A DNA stretch of 64,000 nt from Octopus sinensis (lineage: Eukaryota), in NCBI RefSeq assembly GCF_006345805.1, contig NC_043008.1, positions 44,640,001 to 44,704,000 of the forward strand, given 5' to 3'. The notes below the pieces were generated by a model. That model worked only from the letters and a program-made list of their open reading frames with translations. It was not told the DNA's origin and did no database searches. The translations under genes and the position numbers were made by a program. How positions within the stretch are numbered: position 1 is the first letter of the stretch; each line of letters opens with the position of its first letter. Positions 55,096 through 64,000 of the stretch are shown here, piece by piece.

Positions 55096-55138
55096 TTTCT
55101 AAATCTCTCATAGAGATATGTACGGTGGTGGGGAGATT

Positions 55139-55284
55139 GAATGGTTGTATACTGTCAATCTAATGTGAACGTCACAGTAGCGAGTTACACCACCGCTGTT
55201 TAGCCGATGCTTCCTAGGGCTAAACAGCGGTGGTGTAACTCGCTACTGTCACGTTCACGTTAGATTGACAGTATACAACCATTC
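55139..55284. repeat. 67-bp-arm hairpin, 12-nt loop
   Basis: 55139-55205 vs 55218-55284, two mismatches (one is U-G compatible). Confidence 0.95.
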
Positions 55285-56084
55285 ATATATATATATATAT
55301 ATAACCAAGAAAAAAGTAACAAGAATGGGACAGTAATTCGGTACAATTGTTTCATGGTACTACGATATATCATAACGAAGGTACATAGATTGCATAATAC
55401 TCATTGTAGCTTGTAGCAGATATACATACATATGGAAATTCGTGCATGCATGCATGTATATATACCTGAATTTTCCTTAAGGATATATATCGACATATAC
55501 CTGATAACATACTGTACATATATTCCGAAGGCGAGTCAAAGTATCAATCAGAAATGGAAGCAGTTATTAATCTCTATACAAAGTGAAAGAAATGTTTCGT
55601 ATTCTTACATAGCGATATCATAGAATAGCACCCAAAATGTCAAATAAAGCGGGAAATATATATATAATAATATCTACTAGCACACAATTTTATAATACAA
55701 ACTGATGAATAACTTACTATGAAATTCTGGCAAATCTTGAAGCGCTCTGGTGTGATCTGGAGAATTCTTCATTCATGTTATATGTACGCACCCGCATACA
55801 ATTACGTATTGAACGACGATGAAATTCTACTTCTGGAAGATTGACCAATCGGATAAAGAGTTCTTCATTAACTTGTGAGGAATATCACTTAGAAATTCAG
55901 GAAATTCGAAATATACTTTTATACTGTTTATATTGCGAAACCAGGGCAATGATGTAGTGTGGTGTTCTGGTCAAATAATTTATGATGTATGGGGCCGAAT
56001 TAAACTGTTGTAAATAGTAATACTACAAACACATGCATACACACACTCACACACACAGATATGGATAGATATTGTATATATAAA

Positions 56085-56283
56085 ATGTGACCTCGTGTGT
56101 ACTTTTGGCGATTTCTTTTTCCTCTGTGTTCCCTTCTCTGGATCCTTCCTTCTCCTATGTTTCCGACGAAGAGCTCCGCTCGAAACGTTAAACCCTCCTT
56201 CTTTCCTTCTTTCCTGAGCGTCCAATAATACTTTGTTCCACGACCTCGCGTTGTTGTGTTCTTTTGTGCTTTCTTGTTTTGAT

Positions 56284-56290
<7 letters not shown>
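56085..56290 (+). mobile_element. Short element family X with hammerhead-like fold, copy 2
   Basis: GTTT-CCGACGA-A-GAGC(tcc)GCTC-GAA-AC-GT-T-AAAC at 56159-56193; ends in (TA)n. Confidence 0.7.
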
Positions 56291-56339
<49 letters not shown>

Positions 56340-56342
<3 letters not shown>

Positions 56343-56530
56343 AGAATTCACGAAAAAAAACAAAGACGAAGACATGTGGTGTAGAAAACAAGCAGATGTA
56401 TTAGTATAACGCTCAGGAATAGAAAAAACCTTTTGCGTTTCGAGCCTACGCTCTTCCACAGAAAGGAACACAGAAGGAAACGAGGAGAGAAACAAGGGGA
56501 GAAGAAAAAATGTGTCCAGTGGCTTACGAT
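56340..56530 (-). mobile_element. Short element family Y with hammerhead-like fold
   Basis: Minus strand CCTTT-CTGTGGA-A-GAGC(gtag)GCTC-GAA-AC-GC-A-AAAGG at 56466-56429; tail-to-tail with family X across (TA)n. Confidence 0.68.
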
Positions 56531-57509
56531 CTATCATATATAGTGAGAGAGATAAAGAGAGAAATGCTGCCATATAGATCATAATTGACTTAAAGTGATT
56601 CAGATTATATGGGTGTACTGCAGCATGGCCACAGATTTTTGCTTGAACCAATTATAGAATATGCCATAATAAAGAAGATATTTTGTACATGGGGTGAACA
56701 GCAAGGTTCAATGACAGCAATATTCAACTACTTGACAATATTATATTATATTTTAATATTTCGCAGTTTAAGAGTACAGTATCCTTTTCAAGAGTCATTA
56801 TCCCAACTCGCGTGAGAGGCGCTTACGATTTAATCACTTCCTTCAGCGAAATCGTTTTACCCTTCATAGATTTCCTTTATCTTAATTCTTTTTCGTTAGC
56901 CACTAACGTAATTAATAACTGCTCCTTATTTAAACATTGACAAATTAAATTCATATCTTGTGAAAAGTTAACGCATAGCTTTTAGTTACTGGACATATAA
57001 AGAATATTTCTGTCACGGAAAATATAATCTGAACATTCCGAAAGCACCATTGTATTAAGAACTTTATTAATTTTATCTATTGATATTTTTAATGCCGGAA
57101 ATTGAGCATTTCGTTTCTATTTTACGATAATATCTTGTAGTTATATTATGTGATAATTATAGCATATACCGTGGCATATCTTGCAATTAAAAATATCTCC
57201 TTGATTAGATTTGTCGTAGCTTCATACAGTTCATTAAGCACCTATCGTATGGTTTATAGATATTCAAAGAAATGGCAGATCCCTCAGGTATAAATGTATA
57301 TTATTCGAGATATGTGTACGTTGTCAAAATTTTGAGTATGACAATCATTAATTTATGTGTTGGTTTCATATAATAGATATCATAATCAGCTAAAAATATT
57401 TAACAAATATATAATACTAAATCATTGACAGCTTTGGTTAGTTAGTATTCTTATTCTCCCTCAACCATCATTTTCGATAATGTTTCGCAAGAAGTGAACT
57501 TTATTCTTA

Positions 57510-57885
57510 ACTAGCAGTATCGCCCGGCGTTGCTTGGGTTTGTTTCGACCCTTTAGAATTGGAATTTTTGAAAAGTAAAACTGATGCATTATGTAGTTTG
57601 TTATTCTCTTTAGGTGAACATTTTTCTGGTTGAAATACACCGAAACATAGCGACACGGCAGTCAAAGAATCGTAAAAAATAGGGATTTTCATAGAAAACA
57701 AGCACCTTTTTGATGTAAATAATTGTTGGTGTTAACATGGTCCGATTTGAAGGAAGAGCAAGCCGTTTTCTATCATACTTTCAATTTTGGTCAACTTACG
57801 CCGTAGGGTCTCGGAGGAAATGGTGTTAATTGAAGGCTACCAACCTTGCCATACACGACAACTTCAGCTTTATATATCTAGAGAG
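57510..57885 (-). mobile_element. Helitron family H, copy 3
   Basis: ctagcagtatcgcccggcgttgc at 57511; 5' end near tatatatctagag. Confidence 0.82.
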
Positions 57886-58269
57886 ATTTCTCCTAATTTG
57901 TGTCTGTCAAAATGTAAGCAAACGAATATGTCGCTAGTGATATTGTTGTTGTGGCTGCTGATGGTAAAACGTATGTTGATGTCTTTGTTTATTAACCACC
58001 GGCCAACCCTGATACGGCAAATATTTGATTCCATATAGATCTTTCATTTGGTTACTACATCTACCGCATGAAGTGAGGACTTAAAAGTTTAGCTAATATC
58101 TTGCTCGTGCTGGGAGGCACCTACGAGTACCGCATGTGCGCATAACCAGACCGCATATTTAGTTATTCATAAAAAAAACATTTTTAGGATAGTTCTTTCA
58201 TAATATCAACAGGAAAATCCCAAACGCGATTCGACTGATGAAAAGGCATTCGCTGTAACAAATCGATAT

Positions 58270-58653
58270 ATATATATATATATAAAGCTGAAGTTGTCTG
58301 TATACGGCAGGTTTGGTAGCCTTCAACTAACACTATCTCCTTCGAGACCCTGCGGCGCAAGTCGACCAAAGTTGAGAATATGATAGAAGAAGGCTTGCTC
58401 TTCCTTCCGTAGAAGAATAAATTCAAATCGGACCATATTAACACCAAAAATTATTTACATCAACAAGGTGCTTTTCTTCTATGAAAATCCCTATTTCTTA
58501 CGATTTTTTGACTGCTGTGTATTTCAAATAGAAAAATGTTCCCTTAAAGAGAATAACAAGCTACATAATGCAAAATTTTCACTTTTCAAAAATTCCAATT
58601 CTAAAGGGTCGTAAAGAAAACAAGCTCGAGCAACGCTGGGCTATACTGCTAGT
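58270..58653 (+). mobile_element. Helitron family H, copy 4
   Basis: tatataaagctgaagttgtc ... cgagcaacgctgggctatactgctagt. Confidence 0.82.
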
Positions 58654-60051
58654 TTTGAAATAATGTTCATGCAAATTTTAGAAGGAACACATAAATCGTA
58701 TTTCCAGAAGGGGTGGGGCAGAATGCTTTTGTCTTTAAGGGTATCACGAGAGGTTTGTTTGGAGGCCCAACCTCTCGAGTTCTTTTTGCAGGTATTAGAG
58801 AAGAACCGCTGCAATAAGTGTGTGAATCTGAGAGAGAAATATATTGAATAAAATCATAATTAACTGATCCTCTTGTGAACTTTCCAGAACCACCCCGTAT
58901 GTCTTTTAGTTAATCTAGACCTCAGCACTTACAAGCTTTCCTTCCAAGATTACATATATACACAGACTGTTTTGTCTGACTGTAGCCATTTTTCTTTGGC
59001 TAGTAGTTTGATCTTCACAGCAAATTCAAAATGTGTTCAGTGCACAAATATATACATAAAATACTCTCCGTAATTTAACGATCTTTTATTCAAAGTTATC
59101 TTATTATCAATCTAGCCTAAATCAACGATGCACGAAATTAATGTTATATTAAATTTGACGATATGTTAGCACTGCTACACATTTCGTGAACATTTGTTTG
59201 AAGCAGCTTTGCATCAACTTCCTCTGTTATGAATTCATATCTATTAGTTGGAGGCTTTGCTTGAATGGGTTTATATTTATAATATTGGATATTCTTTGCA
59301 GTTTTCATTTCCGTTTTATTTTGAAATTGAAGATAATTACTTTCTGGAAAAAAAAGAAAGAAAACAGAATCTCAGGTTATTTTATTACTAAACTTGGGTT
59401 AAAACTAATTAAGGCATAATAAGTTACCGTTATTATTAATTATTATTATAATCTATGAAAGTGTAGGAGCCGAATATATATTTTGGCGGTAAACAAAGAT
59501 TGTATAGTCATATATGTAATACATACACACATATATGTATATGTATATAGATAGATGGTTATATAGACACATACATATATACATGCATACATACATACAT
59601 ATATATATATATGTATATATATACATATATGTATAATTACACAACTATACATATATATAAGCAAACATTTTGTACGATAGCCACAGGAAATGTAATGCTT
59701 TGGGGTTGAAATATGCGCGGATCTCAGGCGGACAGATGCATGGCTATATAGAATAGTACACTGCCAGCGACACTTCGTCTTTGATTGAATTTTTAGTAAC
59801 AGTGCTATTTTATCAGATATTTATTCCAACTCCTGCTTTACCAAGAACACGTTGACTTTGTTTGTACTTTAAGCAGATTAGGCAGTGTAGCAACGTCTCA
59901 GGTTGGATCTCTCTCCAGAGGCACGAGTAGGTCTATGCTTACAGGGACGTGCAACAGCAACGAGGATAATCTTCACACCTAGATGCGCGGTTTCGAGAGA
60001 GCCTAGCAGCAGCCCATTTTTGTTTTCTTTTATGTTTTTGCAAAAAGAATA

Positions 60052-60470
60052 TCTTTTACTTGAATCAGTCATTAGACTGCGGCCCTGATGGTGTGCATCA
60101 CCTTCAAGAATGTTTAGTCGAATAGACACACACCAGTATTTTTTTTCTTTTTCTTTGCTAAGCCTGGTACTTATTATATCGGTCTCTTTTGGTTAAACGC
60201 TAAGTTACAAGAACGAAAACACACCTATGCTGGTTGTCAAGCGTAGTTGAGGGACAAATACTATCACAAAGCCACAAGCATAGATATATGTACAGCTATA
60301 CAACGAGCTTCTTCCAGTTTCCGTCTACCAAATCCACTCACAAAGCTTTGGTTGGCCCACGGCAACAGCAGAAAACACATGTTCAAGGTGCCACGCAGTT
60401 GGAATGAACCTGGAACCATGAGGTTAACACACAAGATTCTTATCACACAACAATTCCTGCGCCTAGAAGG
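60052..60470 (-). mobile_element. SINE family B, diverged
   Basis: Tail cttttacttgaatcagtcattagactgcggcc; head tttccgtctaccaaatccactcac...aaggtgccacgcag. Confidence 0.85.
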
Positions 60471-60599
60471 CCACGCCTGCTCCTATATATCTAACAGGGA
60501 TAGATAGGTAACATATTTGATCAAGAATATACAACTAAATTGTAGTGTGTTCAGAAAGTATTTAAGCGAACATGTCGTCTTAATTTAAATATCTGTTTC

Positions 60600-61010
60600 T
60601 TGACTACCCTCAAGGGGCTACACACAGAAGGGACAAACAAGGACAGACAAACGGATTAAGTCGATTACGTCGACTCCAGTGCGTAACTGGTACTTATTTA
60701 ATCGACCCCGAAAGGATGAAAGGTAAAGTCGACCTCGGCGGAATTTGAACCCAGAACGTAACGGCAGACGAAACACCTATTTATTTATTACCCACAAGGA
60801 GCTAAACACAGAGGGGACAAACAAGGACAGACAAAGAGATTAAGTCGATTACATCGACCCCAGTGCGTAACTGTTACTTATTTAATCGACCCCTAAAGGA
60901 TGAAAGGCAAAGTCGACCTCGGCGGAATTTGAACTCAGAACGTAGCGGCAGACGAAATACGGCTACGCATTTTCACCCGGCGTGCTAACGTTTCTGCCAG
61001 CTCACCGCCT
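60600..61010 (-). mobile_element. SINE family A with head-to-tail duplication
   Basis: Two ~184-bp units, junction gacgaaacacc|tatttattt at ~60777. Confidence 0.9.
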
Positions 61011-61559
61011 TGTTGTCTTAATTTAAATATCTTGGTACGACGGAAAATGATACCAACATCAATATTTTTTTAATATACTTTTTTGGTATATTTTTTAGCA
61101 TATTAAATGAAGAAGAAAAACAAAAACATTTGTTATTGATTTATGTCGTATTACAGGATGATTTAATCCATTGAGTGTCAGTTTAAAACCATGATTTATG
61201 TTTAATCGTAACAAATAAACTAACAACGGACTAGTTTATTTCCGCTATTTATTGAATGAAAACGGCTGAGATGATAAACGACACCGATCTGTTTAAATTG
61301 AACTCTATCAATATATATAGAGAACTGTGCGAGAAAATAAAACCTGTATAATTAATTGTGTATCTAAACTTACAGTTGACAATGAAATACAGAATAAAGT
61401 AATCCATATCTGTATCTAAAACATGGTACTTAAAACGGTTATCGAAACGTTATACGTATGTGTCGGAAATAAAATATAGATTTTAATATATCCTTTGTTT
61501 AATGATTTATATATTGGAACTGATGATTGTTTCTAGAAATTGTAACACAAATTAAATAT

Positions 61560-61570
61560 CTATTATCATT

Positions 61571-61657
<87 letters not shown>

Positions 61658-61774
61658 GAGTGAAAGAGCAGTGCATGCCATCAAAGTGACACTGGGGTAA
61701 AATATACGAAGCCCAGTATAACCATCATGACAACCCGTCTGATAAGGGTACACCAAGCACATGCATCACAAACA

Positions 61775-61860
<86 letters not shown>

Positions 61861-61868
61861 TCGTTCGT
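61560..61868. repeat. (CAT)n/(TTA)n/(TTCG)n arrays with an interposed ~115-bp retroelement-like 3' end
   Basis: Tracts visible; 61660-61772 is complex sequence that runs, on the minus strand, into (AAT)n. Confidence 0.8.
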
Positions 61869-62385
61869 AACACAGCGTAGGCAAAAATGCACCGGAGTCT
61901 TTAGTCATGTGTCAAGTCACAACAAGGACCTCAGACAGATAATGCTTTCCTTAAATAAGGCTGCTTTTTGCAAGACATCAATCTTGCATGTGATTTCTAG
62001 TTGCCTTAAGAAGTCTTGAAGTTTCAATGGGATTGAACCCAACGCTCCGATCACCACTGGTATCACTTTTACATCACCCTCTCGCATTCCATACTATCTT
62101 GCCATTTCTACTTTCAATTCGGAGTACTTGGTGATTGTTTTCAACCTATTTACTCACAACATTTATAATCATGTGCTATGGCTACATCAATGATCTGACA
62201 GTATGTGTCTCTCTTATTCAATATTACAATATCCAGCCGACGGTGTTCGTTTACACGATCCGTCTGAAAAATAATAGTCACAGAGTATCGTTAATTTTCC
62301 ATTCTCCTGCATAAATTTACTTGGTACACGCTCAAGCCAGTTCTCTGTTACTTCGTATTCGTATTTACGGCATGAGAGCCAATGA
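61868..62385 (-). mobile_element. R4/Dong-clade non-LTR retrotransposon 3' end (restriction-like endonuclease domain)
   Basis: Minus strand: CRKYEYEVTENWLERVPSK...QTDRVNEHRRLDIVILNKRDTYCQIIDVAIAHD (PD..D-like) ...KYSELKVEMAR...VKVIPVVIGALGSIP...VLQKAAL. Confidence 0.88.
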
Positions 62386-63588
62386 CGATACACACACACA
62401 CAACTTATGGTGTCGGCGTTTGTATTATTTTTGTGCTTTCACCTACTTCCCACACACATTCAGCAGAGGTTTTGTTGCACTTGTGTGGTACATACCAGTT
62501 TTCACTGAGTTGGTATTCAATGACTGGACCTGGGCGGCGACCATTAGTCTTTCAGACTTCTTTTTTCAGTCACCCTTCCTGAACCATACAGAGAGAGAGA
62601 GAGAGAGAGGAGAGAGTGAGGGGAGATTGAACAAGAGAGAGACAGAGCTGACAAAGTAATAAGCGATTATGTTATGCACTTCATCGGCTTACACCTTTTA
62701 CTGCTATAGAATGCAGTGAATTCATAGATGTGCGCTTGACTAACAACCTTGACTAGCATCGGAGCCTCAAAGATGAAATTCTTTCTCTCTCTCTCTCTCT
62801 CTTTTACGCTCAGCTGTATAGTTTACAAAAATATTCCTTTTATCTATTAAGCATGGTTAAATGTTTCCAACATCACTCATGATTTGTGGTCGACAGCCAG
62901 AAAAAATATTTCGCAATATCAAATTTGTATACCGTTGTATATTCACGAATGCGATGTTGTCGGATACGGTTACTGACATGATGGACATCCATACAAGCAT
63001 ATATATTGACACTTCTCAGCATTTAGTGTCAGAAAAAATATGTCATCGTCAGACTTCCGTACATATGTCGTATTGATAAAGCTTTATAAAAACAATTCAT
63101 ACGAAACTAAAATTAATTCGCTAATGAGGTTGCTTCATTAGTATAACGTAATTAGGAAGAAAATCTGTCCATGCAAAACAGAATAAATCGAAACTTTCGA
63201 CAATTAAACGCGCAATATTTTACTTTGTCTCTCAATGCTTATTTATAAGAGAGAGCATGCGCACGAGTTGATATAAAGACGAACATAGGCACACACGCAT
63301 GCGCTCTTTCACACGCCCCCCCCCCCTTCCACACACACACATATAGATAGATAGGTACATACATACATACATAAAAACTATAGGCATGCAACAGTGTGTG
63401 TATGTGTGCCAATGCCTCTGCCTCTGTGTGTACGTGTGTGTATGGGGGGTGTATGTGTGTGTGTGTATGTGTGTCTACATGTGCGTCAGCGTGTGAGAGA
63501 GCTTCAGCCATTTTATACATATTTCGTATACATCTCTCTTTCCCTTTATCTCATATATATGTGTATATATATATATATATACGTACAT

Positions 63589-63684
<96 letters not shown>

Positions 63685-64000
63685 CGTATATATATGAGCG
63701 TGTGTGTGTGTTTGTCTGTATACTTGTGGAGGAGTAAATATATAGGTGTATGTAGTCGTGTATATGCGCATGCGTGTTTCTGAATGAAAATACGTTTACG
63801 TATGAACCTTAATTTTATTTAACGCGTTTTATATTAAATAAAAGAGCACGGAAACCGGTTTTTTACATAATTTCATTTTAGTTTTTGTCCTCGTAATGAT
63901 AGTGAAATTAATTAAGGCGAGGCACATGCATAACAACATCTGTAGATAATTGATGGACATAAGTTCAATCACGTACAGAAACACACACACACACCAATAA

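Overview
AT-rich eukaryotic DNA, not prokaryotic. The SINE families and the dense (TA)n, (TATG)n, (TAA)n and (TATC)n tracts look like a coleoid cephalopod, most likely Octopus; this is inferred from recalled repeat families, not a database search. I recognise no intact protein-coding gene, tRNA, rRNA or CRISPR array, and almost all long ORFs in the track are microsatellite read-through. The window reads as intron or intergenic DNA full of decayed mobile elements: two main tRNA-derived SINE families, CR1/L2-like, RTE-like and R4/Dong-like LINE remnants, a Penelope-like RT remnant, pogo and mariner transposase remnants, Tc1/mariner MITEs and non-autonomous Helitrons. Four things stand out. (1) Short elements carry minimal hammerhead-ribozyme folds: one has a fully canonical core (2903-2981, minus), one sits in a tRNA-headed SINE, and several have non-canonical cores with stems kept; two lie in fold-back duplications. 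(2) One SINE family forms ~180-bp head-to-tail concatemers with the same junction at three loci. (3) An RTE-like 3' end with a C2H2 finger has a long TSD-like flank and appears to seed (TATG)n arrays. (4) There are at least eight long palindromes and two local templated insertions. A chain of candidate microexons is reported as speculation only. Edges of decayed elements are approximate (about 10-30 bp).
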